Made by a program: the position numbers and the translations under genes. The notes below the pieces were generated by a model that had not been told where the DNA came from, ran no database searches, and saw nothing but the letters and a program-made list of their open reading frames with translations. This document shows positions 50,770 through 61,335 of a stretch of DNA of 64,000 nucleotides, piece after piece. Position 1 is the first letter of the stretch; the number at the start of each line of letters is the position of its first letter. Origin of the DNA: Neodothiora populina (taxonomy: Eukaryota); contig NW_027191410.1 of NCBI RefSeq assembly GCF_041146345.1, forward strand, positions 682,001-746,000. Direction: 5' to 3'.

Positions 50770-52974
50770 TTAGCGAATAGTGTCCTCGTTGAAAGCCGGA
50801 GTGGCTTCCAGAGCCGCGTTGTTCGAAGTCTCTCCCGCGGCAGGCTGTGGCGTAGAGGCGCCGGCCGCTGCGTCCTCGTCGTCCTTAACAGGCGCTTTGG
50901 TTTCGGAAGCACCGTTCGTGTGGGTTTCTGATGCCGCCGAGGGCGGCGCTGCGTTGGGCTGGATATCGAATTTGGGAGGAAGTTTCGCTTTGGTCGCAGC
51001 AGTCGACGCCTTCTTGATCACTGAAGATGCTCTCTTAGGTGGGCTCTTGACGTCGACTTTGTCGTGCGTTTTCTGCGCAGAGCTGGCTGTAGGCCGCATC
51101 ATGCGCGCAAGGAAGGAGTCGTCGGGAGCACGGGTTGTAGTGCGAGCTTCGGGCTTCTTCTCCACCGACGTAGGACGCGCGAGCGAAGGACGAGGCGCAG
51201 GCTTGGTGCCGTTCATCGATGGTCGTGCTTGTCGTTGCGTGGTCGGAGGGGGTCTAGACGTGGCGGCAGGCTTGGCTGTTGCTGCGGCGTGGCCTTCCTG
51301 TCTTGCAGCAGAAGCAGCAGTCGGGGCAGTCAGGCGCGAGGGCACCTTGGAAGCGACCGCAGGCGACTTGGGGCGCGGCTTTGTTGTCGAAGTAGCGGAC
51401 TTGCCGTCGCTGAGATGTCGTCAGTTTGAGACCGAACACAAATGATAAATTGATCAATTTTACCTGGAAGAAGGCTTCGATGCCGCAGACTTGCTCCTAG
51501 ACTGAGACGTGGTGGTTGACGAAGCCAAGGACTGCCTGCTGGCCTTGCGAAGGGGTACCTTGGGTGAGAGTGTGGAAGTCTTTGCGGCTGGGGATGCTTT
51601 CGACGGGGTCGAGGCAGCAACAGTCTTGCGTGTCTGGGTCGGCGTCTTGGAGCGACTCGACAGGGCGACGGGAGGGTTTTGCTCTTCGACAGGTTTCTCT
51701 GCCTCCGCTTTGCTTGTGACAGGCTCAGCAGCAGGTTCAGTGGCAGTCTCGACAAGAGTCTCGGGTTGGGTGGATTTTGGCTCGCTCGCGGCATCGGGAG
51801 CCGGAGCGATGATAGAAGACCTACGAGCAGCAGGATCAGCTGGTAGTGAAGCTTCACCAGGAGCGACGATGGAGCCTCTGCGAGGGTTTGGGGCACTGCC
51901 CACAGCATCGGGTTCGAGGGCAACCGACTCTCTCCTGGCTCCTGCCGTTGCAGCAGAGACAAGATCCATAGGGGCGGTGGAGCCTCGACGGGCACGAGGA
52001 CTGGATGGAGTGGGAGCGACAACAGATCCTCTGCGGATCTTTGAAGTCGGGCAAGATGTGGCTTCGGAAACGACAGTGCTATCATCTTTGGGCGTTGACT
52101 GAGGCGAGGCCTCGGTGGTGGCGACGTCCGATACGCTGACCTTCTTCGGCGTGGCAGGAGCGACCGACTCTTCAGGCAGCGACATGGTGGCTTCCTCTTT
52201 GGGATCAGAGGGAGCCATTGGGCCGGGCTCCTCTTGCACCGCAGTCCCCGGCTTGTCTGGATTCTCGGCAGGGAGATCTGTCGTAGAGACGCCGTTACTG
52301 GCTCTGATGTCGCCGCCAAGCTCGTCCTGACCAGGGAAGGTCATGCTCTTGAGATTGGTGCCCAGGGCGGGAGAATCTTCCTGGATCTCACCGGCAGCCA
52401 TGTAGTCCTTGGCCTCGACAGCGGGCGTGTTCGTGGCAGGGGTAGCCTCAATGGCCTGCTCAGGAATGGTCTCGGAGATGGCAGGGATGGATGCTCTCCT
52501 CTCTCCTTCCTGTGAGATTGTCTTTCTCAGAGTAGCAATGGCATCGCTGTCCGCACTCTCGTCCAGACTGAAGCTCTCTCTGCGCAAGCTGGCTGTGCTC
52601 GCTCGCTTTTCATACTGCGCCTTTGTTTCTTCGGGGTCTATTTCCATTGCGGCATTCAGGCTGGTCGAGGCGGCGGTGACGTTGGATTGGGCGTCTTTGT
52701 TGTCGTCTTGAATTGAGTTCTGCTGTTGCTCCTGCTGCTGCTCGTCACCCTGAATGGATTGGGCAAGCTGAGTGGGTTGACTGGTCGGAGGTGGTTGACT
52801 CGGCTCTACAGAGACAAAGCTGGATCTGACCTTGGAAAGTGGCCGTTCTCCCGGCACGTGGCCGTTTGGCGAGCGGCCGCGGGAGTCTGGAGACGACGTT
52901 GTGGATTCTTGGTTTTCGAACATTGCTCTTAAGGAACGTACGTCACGTTCTCTGCTTTCTCGCGTTTGTGACAT
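50770..52974 (-). CDS. Low-complexity S/T/P/A-rich disordered protein; exons 52974-51464, 51409-50770
   Basis: Two long ORFs join in frame across a GT..CTGAC..CAG intron. Motifs VRSLRAMFEN, RPLSKVRSSFVSVE, RLTAPTAAS and FLARMMRPTASS. Confidence 0.8.
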
Positions 52975-54103
52975 GGCTGTAATGCAGAACACCCCCCGGT
53001 CCAATAAGTTAGCCTTGAATTTCCCTTGATTTTACACAGCCTCAACAGCTTGACAGCTTGTTCGCATCTCGTGGGTGGACTGGGAAGACGCAGTGACGTT
53101 GCCGTTGGCGTTGACGGGCAGTGGGCCAATTGGGCAGATGGGCAGATGGACAGTGGGCAGAATGGGCAGTCCAAGGAGTGCAGCAATATAACACTGTTAA
53201 TGAACTGCCTGCAGTCTGGCCGTGCCACTAACTAGGCGTTTCATCATCAACATGATCATACAGCTGCACCAGATACCTTAAAAACCCCCCTTCTGCCCAC
53301 CATCAGCAACAACCGAAACCCGAGCCAACGTTCGCTCGGATCATGCCTGTGGCGTCTTCTCTGGCAGGGAGGGGCCGACTCGAAACTCTCGGGGAACAAC
53401 TTACACTTCACCTCAGATCAAATACCATGTCATTCGTCCTTCTTCGCTTGTCTGGTCTTTTGTAGTGCAATTGGCAGGTCGCCACAGGTAACGTACTGTG
53501 ACTCGTCCTAAGGTACTTTACTTAAAATTGAAAGGGGTCACTCGTGTCAGCCAATAACAATGCCAAGCCCCTCCGCATCATCTCCTTCCGGTGCGGCTTC
53601 ACTTTCCTGAGCTCTGAGCTCTGAGGCTCACGGCTCTTTCGAGCCCTGACGTAAGGTACAGCACTGGTGCCTGGCTCAAGGGTCTCGAGCAAACGCCCAA
53701 ACACTGTATGTTCTTGGCTCACACCTCATCTTGAAGCTTCTTGTGTCAATTTGGACGGGCTTAGTGAACGTTACACCGTAAACTCCACGAATGCATTCTC
53801 CTCCGCCTCGTAATTCTCGCGGGACAATAATGTTGCACAGCACCACCATAGACATGACGGAGTCACTCACCCTAGGCAGCTACGGCGCTATTGATGCATG
53901 CTGCTTCGGCGTTGACTCAATCTCCTCGGCCGACTATATCCGACCAGGACAGAACATGTTCAAATAAGAAGCGTAAGCTGCTCAGGTAGGAGTTCCCATC
54001 TCTCGCAACGAAACCTTCTCTCAAGCCTTTCTCTTCTCTTCTGGTCAGCTTGTCTCGAAGACCATCCAAAAAGCAATACCTCAAAGCTCTACTATCTTCC
54101 AAC

Positions 54104-54838
54104 ATGTCCATGGCTACGGGTGTTTTCGTCCCGAGCTGGTACGAGCAGGATGAGCGCTGGACCAAAGTCGATGCTTATACGATGCAACATCTTCATCCCA
54201 AATCAAGCCATGACCATGCTTTCCTGTCAGTAGCTCTGAAGCACTCGCTGGATGCCGGTCTACCCGACATTGCCACCCAGCCTGTCTTTGCGAGGCTCAT
54301 GGCCATCCAATGCCGTGCCAGCAACGTCAAGCACGCACTCGAAATCGGCGCTCTGGGCGGCTTCACTTCGATCTTTCTGGCGTCTATGAATCCAGACATG
54401 CAGGTGACCTCTGTCGAAATCATCCCAAGACACGCAGAGGTCGCTCGCGAGAACATTGCTCGAGCCGGGTTCAGCGACCGGATCAATGTCATAGTCGGGC
54501 CTGCGCTCGAGGTTCTCCCCCGGCTGAAAGAAGAAATCGACGCGGGCTCTCGCCCTCCGTTCGGCTTCACTTATATTGACGCGGACAAGCAGAACAACTG
54601 GACATATTTCGATCTCGCGATCGGCTTGAGCAAGTCCAGTGGCCTCATCTATGTTGACAATGTGGTTATCATGGGAACTCTGGTCGACGAGCGACTCATC
54701 AGAGCACGTGATGAGCGTGTGATGGGGTCACGCCAGCTTGTCGAGAATGCAGGCAAAGACAGTCGTGTGGCGGCTGTTGTGCAACAGACTGTGGCGGAGA
54801 AGACGTACGATGGGTATCTCATGGCGGTAGTGTTGTAG
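54104..54838 (+). CDS. SAM-dependent O-methyltransferase (family 3, CCoAOMT/COMT-like)
   Basis: Motifs WTKVDAY, ALEIGALGGFTSI, YIDADKQNN, YVDNVV and EKTYDGY. Confidence 0.9.
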   Translation: MSMATGVFVPSWYEQDERWTKVDAYTMQHLHPKSSHDHAFLSVALKHSLDAGLPDIATQPVFARLMAIQCRASNVKHALEIGALGGFTSIFLASMNPDMQVTSVEIIPRHAEVARENIARAGFSDRINVIVGPALEVLPRLKEEIDAGSRPPFGFTYIDADKQNNWTYFDLAIGLSKSSGLIYVDNVVIMGTLVDERLIRARDERVMGSRQLVENAGKDSRVAAVVQQTVAEKTYDGYLMAVVL

Positions 54839-55241
54839 ATGACGTGAAGAAATGGAAGCTGGCACACACAAAGTGCAATAGGACCAAGGAGATAGACGGA
54901 TAGACAGATGCCTTGAATACAAGTAACGGAGAGTCACCATAAATCGTAGTAAACACAATAAGCGAACGTGGGACAGTGTACAGTATAATGAATGGTCTGT
55001 GCGCCGACGGCGATGCATTGCGAATCTCTGAATCTGTCTCTAGCGTGTAATTATTTGTCGTGTCCTCGGGGGCAAAAAAAGTGGTGTTAATGAGTCTACA
55101 AGACGGAGTTACCAAATAAGGTTACCTGAGGCGGCACCGGAACATCAGCGAAGAAGATCACCTTCCGTGGGGGGATCGAGCAACAAGGGTTTCTGTCCTC
55201 AAGAAAACAAGTCACATGCTATCATATAGCATTTCTTAGCC

Positions 55242-56440
55242 ATGTTTCGTACAGCAGTGCGCCGCTTCGCCTCGACGGCGCTGAAGTCAGCGGAAGCATT
55301 CGCCCCTCCCTCGGCTCGCCTCATTGATATCGCCCAGGCACAGCGCATCTCGCAGAATGGCCTGGTCGACGGTATGTCTCCAGTGATCGCTTTATTGCCC
55401 ATCGACAGCGCCATGGTCGGCTGACTCTGTGGCCACATACAGCGATTGGAAACACGCCGCTCATCCGCATGAAGCACCTGTCCGACGAAACCGGATGTGA
55501 GATTCTCGGCAAGGCCGAGTTCCAGAACCCCGGCGGCAGCGTCAAGGACCGCGCCGCCCTCTACGTCGTCAAGGATGCCGAAGAGCGAGGACTACTCAAG
55601 CCAGGCGGCACAGTGGTCGAGGGCACCGCGGGCAACACGGGCATCGGCCTCGCCCACGTCTGTCGCTCCAAGGGCTACAAGCTAGTCATCTACATGCCCA
55701 ACACGCAGGCCCAAGGCAAGATCGACCTGCTGCGACTGCTCGGCGCAGAGGTCTACCCGGTGCCAGCAGTGGCGTTTGAGGATCCAGAGAACTACAACCA
55801 CCAGGCGCGCCGCCACGCCGAGCGACTCGACAACGCCGTCTGGACGAACCAGTTCGACAACATCGCCAACCGCCGCGCTCACATCGAGACGACGGGCCCG
55901 GAGATCTGGACCCAGACCTCTGGCAAGATCGACGCCTTCACCTGCGCCAGCGGCACCGCCGGCACCATCGCCGGCATCACGCGTTACCTCAAGACCGTCT
56001 CGGACGGCAGAGTCAAGTGCATCGTCGCCGACCCCCCTGGTTCCGTCATCCACAGCTACATCCAGTCCGGGGGCAAACTCGGCGAGAGAAAGGGCGGCAG
56101 TATCACCGAGGGCATCGGCCAGGGCCGCATCACGGACAACCTGAAGCCAGACATTGGTCTGCTCGACGACTCGGTGCACATCCCTGATGCCGACAGCATC
56201 GCCATGGTGTACCGCTGTCTCGACGAGGAAGGCTTGTACCTTGGAGCCTCGAGTGCTCTGAACGTCGCTGCTGCTAAGAAAGTCGCCGAGCGCATGGGCC
56301 CCGGTCACACCGTCGTGACCATCCTGTGCGACGGTGCCTACAGGTACGCCGACCGTCTCTTCTCCAGGAAGTGGCTCGAGGAGAAGAAGTTGTTGGATGC
56401 CATCCCTTCTCATCTCGAGAAGTATATCGTGTTGCCATAG
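55242..56440 (+). CDS. cysB: Cysteine synthase (O-acetylserine sulfhydrylase, PLP-dependent); exons 55242-55371, 55443-56440
   Basis: Mitochondrial-type presequence, [23 protein letters not shown] (PLP Lys), [10 protein letters not shown] and TEGIGQ. Confidence 0.93.
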
Positions 56441-56974
56441 AACCTAGTGTATAGACAATGTACATGGTAGGAAACAAAACGCCCATTCTGCTCCTTCAGG
56501 CATCAAATGGATCTTTAGGCGATTTCTGAGGCAACCTCTGGAATAGAATGGATAGTGTCATGATGGCATAGAACGGCCACTCGAATGATTCGGAAATTTG
56601 ACGCTAAATATGACGGAGAGAGAAAACAAAAAGATGCCGAATATGACGCCCCGCTGGTCCCGATGATATATATTTATTTCCCAGATCCGTACCCATTTTC
56701 CCATTTCGCAACCACAAGCAATAAATTTTCTTACGCCGTCGCCGAATTATGGCCATGCTGCACGACAACAACACTCTGTGGATTCGCTGACTTTGAATGA
56801 TGAACCAACAACCATGACGAAGATAAACAGGAAAAGAAAGACGTCAGAGTGTGTATGCAATGATACACACTCATTTCATAACTAGTGCACCAAGGCCGAG
56901 TCTGCCGTGGCCTCATAGCTTAGGCCAGCACATTGACACCGTCATATGGTTCATTTGGGAGACTGGAGGACATA

Positions 56975-57553
56975 TCAGCTGAGTGTTCCCAGAGCACGTA
57001 GAGCCCAAGGGCGACTCACGGGATGGTTAGAATCACCATTTTCGCTCCTGGGACCAAACGGCAACCAGGCATTGTTGGTGGTAGCCCCCAACCGGGGCGA
57101 GGGTAGCGGTGAGTTGTACGCCGAAGCGGCAAGACTGCTGAGTCCAGAGGGTGTGCCCACAGGTGTCACAGGCTTGGTGAAGCTTGGGAAAACGGGAAAG
57201 GAGACGGTGCGGTTCGGGGCTCCGGGGCGTTGGATACCGCTGGGGGATGGTGTGCGTGCGTTGCCTGAAGATGGCTTCTGCATCTGCGCCTGGAACACGT
57301 TGAATGGTGCGTTCAGGTGCGTGGACTTGTGCTTCTGCGGCTGGGCGGGTCGTTCGCTGTGGGTGCGATCATGCTGTTGTTGGTGTGGCTGGACGGCCAG
57401 ATGATGCGTGCGCTCATCCTCCTGTGCCTTGGCTCTGATTTCGGCCTGAGCCTGTGCTCTCGCTTTGGCTTTGGCTTGTGCCTCTGCTTTCTCCTTCTTC
57501 TCGATTGCGACCAGGTTGTCCGAGACGTGCATGCCAATGTCGAAGCCGTACAT
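56975..57553 (-). CDS. Hypothetical protein (192 aa, A/K/Q-rich helix then S/P-rich tail)
   Basis: ATG in a good context (CCGCCACCATG on the minus strand) and a coherent ORF. No family recognised. Confidence 0.55.
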   Translation of the reverse strand: MYGFDIGMHVSDNLVAIEKKEKAEAQAKAKARAQAQAEIRAKAQEDERTHHLAVQPHQQQHDRTHSERPAQPQKHKSTHLNAPFNVFQAQMQKPSSGNARTPSPSGIQRPGAPNRTVSFPVFPSFTKPVTPVGTPSGLSSLAASAYNSPLPSPRLGATTNNAWLPFGPRSENGDSNHPVSRPWALRALGTLS

Positions 57554-59852
57554 GGTGGCGGGTTTGAGATAAGAAACGACTGTGGGTTGTTACGGGGCTT
57601 GATGCTCTGATGTAGTAAGCGTCCCACGCGCGGTGGTGTCGATGTCGATATTTCGTCACTGCCGTATTTCTCCGTCACTGTCACTATGACAGCGTCGGTG
57701 GTAACGGACGTCTTCCGGAAGAAGGAAGGTGTCTCGACGATGATTTATCGATCGAGGGAGCGACGAGGAAGCGACGAGATGGCTGATGGTGTTGTTGATA
57801 ACAGACCCAGGCGTGCAAGAGGGAGAAATCGATGGAAGATGGAATTGTTTTGGGTGTCTATGTCACTGTCAATGTTGTGATGGATGGGAAGAAATCCAAG
57901 GGCGAATGTGGCCCCGGCAAAGGATGCTCACTGTTGCTTTCAAATGGAGACAAAACGGAGACAGACAAATGGGGACAAGTGACGCTGCTTACCGCTTACC
58001 GCCAACCTCTGGCTGCATTTTGCACTTGGCCCTTATCCGCCCACAGAAAGAAAACGCTTTTTTCGTCTTAGTTTCTCCTTCAGGCTGCCTTAAGGTTGCC
58101 GGGGATCTGCAATCTCGCCCGCCATTTCTGGGGGATAAGGCTGGGCTGGGCGACTTCGCGTCCACAGGGTTCACCATTCTAGAAGTCCTGGGAGTCTGCC
58201 CGGTCTTGTCGGTTGTCCTGCTACCGTGCCTTGTGCGAGGGGATCCTGAGCCCGAGGTACTTGTACCACACCTCTCCTGCATTTCCAACGTCCATGTTGC
58301 ATAAGGTAACGAGGTCGGGGTAGGCAAGGTAAGGTAAGCTTCACCCTTCTTTCCCAGGTATTGATTAACACAAATACATTATCCACGTGCAACCCAGCTC
58401 TGCACCGGTGGTATCCTTGGTTATACATACGACGACCGTTGTAAAACCAGCTAGGTAAGCTGCCTGACCTCATCGATTGCGATCAAGTACAGAGAAAGCT
58501 GCTCGAACTCTCTCACTGTCTCTCTGTTGCGTCAGATCAGACAGGCACCAGATGCGAATGCGTGTCCACGCATTCGCATGTGTGCGTTGCTTCCTGCGAC
58601 ACAATAGATCGATCTCCTGCATACGTGCGGAATCACTTGCACCATAAATCCTCCGATTATGTCCTGCGTTTTAAAAGGTACACAGAGAGCTGTGGAAGAA
58701 AAACAATCAGTAGTCTAAAACGTCCATGCAATGTTTCGTCTGTGGACGTTTTCGAGAATGCAAGCCCAAAAAGCCCGACCCGTCGAGGGCTGACACTAGT
58801 GCTTTGTACCGTCGTCGCTCACGAGTGTTCGCGGTCGATTGATCGCTGTGATTCCCTGTCCAGCTCCATATACGGCGCCCATCACTATTTTGATACTGTA
58901 CAGGCGTACAGTAGCTTGTTCTTCAATTCTCTCAATATCTACTATCCGGAGCTGTCTGTGCCAAGTTCAAGCTATAGCACCATGTGATCTGTCTGTCTTT
59001 GTTCTCCTTCGTCAGCCGTCTTTTATATCATCCGACACATCCAGATGGTATATGCGCTGATGCAACACGAAGTTACTACGACCTGTGCGCAGACTTCTGG
59101 AAGAGCTAATGACGGATCTTCGAGGATTCACGAGCGTCACCGCCAGTGCTACCCATCAGTGCTTATAGTAGGTAGTTCTCTAGTTCATTGCGCATCTTGC
59201 AAGCAATCCGGTCGGTCCGTACATGTACAGTATACGACAAGCTGCCAACTATTACTCTTTACCTAATGATATTGATCGCAATTGGCAACACCTACTCTAT
59301 TTCTATTTATGGCCCCTAGACGGTGTCATCAGAGCTCTGCGGGGGCTGTGCGCAAGCAGACGTTACGACACAGATCTGCTGACTGCTGCGTTGAAACACC
59401 ACTTTTATAGAAGACCTTGGGGTATTGATCTACCTTGCCAATCCGCTATGGCTTGCCTGATTCACGTCATACTAAGCACCTAATCCACCTGGAGGTCCAA
59501 GACATCTCGTATTTCGTGCATACGAATAGACATCCTACTATGCGGCACGCTCGCACCGCGGCATCGCAGCATATTAGCCTACGTCGTCCTAGGAAAACAT
59601 TACTTTTTTCGCGGAACACATGATCAAATGGGATCGTCTTTGCGAGAGAGCTCTCGATGTAACAGTGTACACTGGATGAACACCGAGAGCGGACGAGAAG
59701 TTGCGTGGTCGTCGAAGATATAAAAGTAGGTGTCTTCTCCTGCGTTTGTAGGTCCATCACAAAACCAAAGCATAGCAACTAGAACAAGAATCTATTCTAC
59801 ATACCAATCTTATACCCATCTCACCAATCTACTCTTCATACCAACCATCACC

Positions 59853-60284
59853 ATGCGTTTCCAACAAGTCATCGCCAGCCTCGCTCTCATCGCAGGCACC
59901 GCTGTCGCCGGCAGCGCCGTTGTTCAGAACAACTGCAACGAGGAGGTGTGGCTCACCATCACCCGCGCCGACCAGTCCTCGACACAGCAGAAGCTCGCCG
60001 GCAACGGCGGTCGCTACTCTGAGCAGATCTCGGGCCAGGGCAACTCCTTCGGCCTGACCAAGAACGCCGATTACTACTCCGCCTCGACCCCCAAGCTCAT
60101 CTGGGGCTTCTCCGACTCGAACCCCACTCTTTACTACTCTGTCAGCAGCGTCAACGGCGACCCCTTCGCCGGCGAAAAGTTCCAGCTCTCGGCCACCGAT
60201 GGCAATTGCGCTCAGGTTAACAGCTACACCAGCTTCACCTACACCTGCGCCGACAGCAACACCTTCACCCTGGCCACTTGTTAA
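59853..60284 (+). CDS. Small secreted Bys1-like protein
   Basis: Signal peptide followed by GSAVVQNNC..VWL, LYYSVSSVNGDPF and a terminal Cys. Strong C-ending codon bias; TATAAAA at about 59719. Confidence 0.8.
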   Translation: MRFQQVIASLALIAGTAVAGSAVVQNNCNEEVWLTITRADQSSTQQKLAGNGGRYSEQISGQGNSFGLTKNADYYSASTPKLIWGFSDSNPTLYYSVSSVNGDPFAGEKFQLSATDGNCAQVNSYTSFTYTCADSNTFTLATC

Positions 60285-60685
60285 GAAGCTCTCTCTTTCT
60301 TTCGGATTCACTCTGTAGTAGTGTTTTTGCAAGCATCTGAAAATGGTTTCATGTTACGATCGGGAAGGGGGCCAGCTTACGATCAGGATGGGGACAAAAA
60401 AAAATTCACACACGGTCATTTCATGTAGCTAAAACCTCACGTCCTTCATTATGAACATAATCGATAATGTCATCATCTTTCCCAACACAACTTCTTCTCT
60501 TCGTCCAGCGATTATTCACCTCGAATATTGATAGTGCCTGACCTTGGTCTGCTCGTGTTTTCTGTGCCAATATATCTATCTTTTGTAATTCTTGTCGATT
60601 CGATTGATTGCATGGAGCACCTTTCTGTATCCATCACGCGCTGATCACTCTTGTCGCAGTCTAGCCCTATTGGGTTAGAGGTGGC

Positions 60686-61074
60686 GCATCCTATCGAATC
60701 TCAGAGTGCTTTGCTCCGCGTCGCAAGTTGGTGCGACATCTGGTTCATGTTCAACCATGCGCTGAATGTCAAGATTCCCCTCCAAAAGCATTTGTCAAGC
60801 TGAGAGACTATTGTATGCTCGTCAGCGCCGCCTGAGCTCCGTACACTGTACAATGTGATGCGCGAAGCTCTTGATTACTCAATCATCATAAAAAGAGTAC
60901 TTGGAGAAGACGATACGCGGTCTGTTAGATACAGTGCGAGACCCAGACCTTATTGTATCATGGTCATGGCTATAGACATTCCAGTACTCACAATGAGCAC
61001 CTTACATGAACATGAACCAGATGTCGCACCAACTTGCGACGCGGAGCAAAGCACTCTGAGATTCGATAGGATGC
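60686..61074. repeat. Perfect 68-bp inverted repeat (60686-60753 / 61007-61074) with a 253-bp spacer
   Basis: The left arm GCATCCTATCGAATCTCAGAGTGCTTTGCTCCGCGTCGCAAGTTGGTGCGACATCTGGTTCATGTTCA is the exact reverse complement of the right arm. Confidence 0.97.
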
Positions 61075-61335
61075 AAGTATGTAGGTATATGGAGATATCT
61101 TAGTGAGGTGTTGGTTGAGCGGTTGAGCGTAGAGCTTGATTGGCAGTGAAATCATTGCAATCCAATTTTTTCACTCTTGATGCTCCGATTACAAATGCAG
61201 TGCTGTCTATCTCTCTGCTGCATATAATCAGCATGGCAGGCCTGCGACGGAGCAAGGAGTTGCTGATCGTGGATTTGTTACTATCTATCTCTTCTCCAAT
61301 TGCTTTGTTCGAAGAGTCGATTGCGAGCAGATGGC

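Noticed and set aside
60686..61074. Calling the inverted repeat a definite MITE
   Set aside because: There is no target-site duplication or recognisable superfamily terminus, and copy number cannot be assessed from this window.
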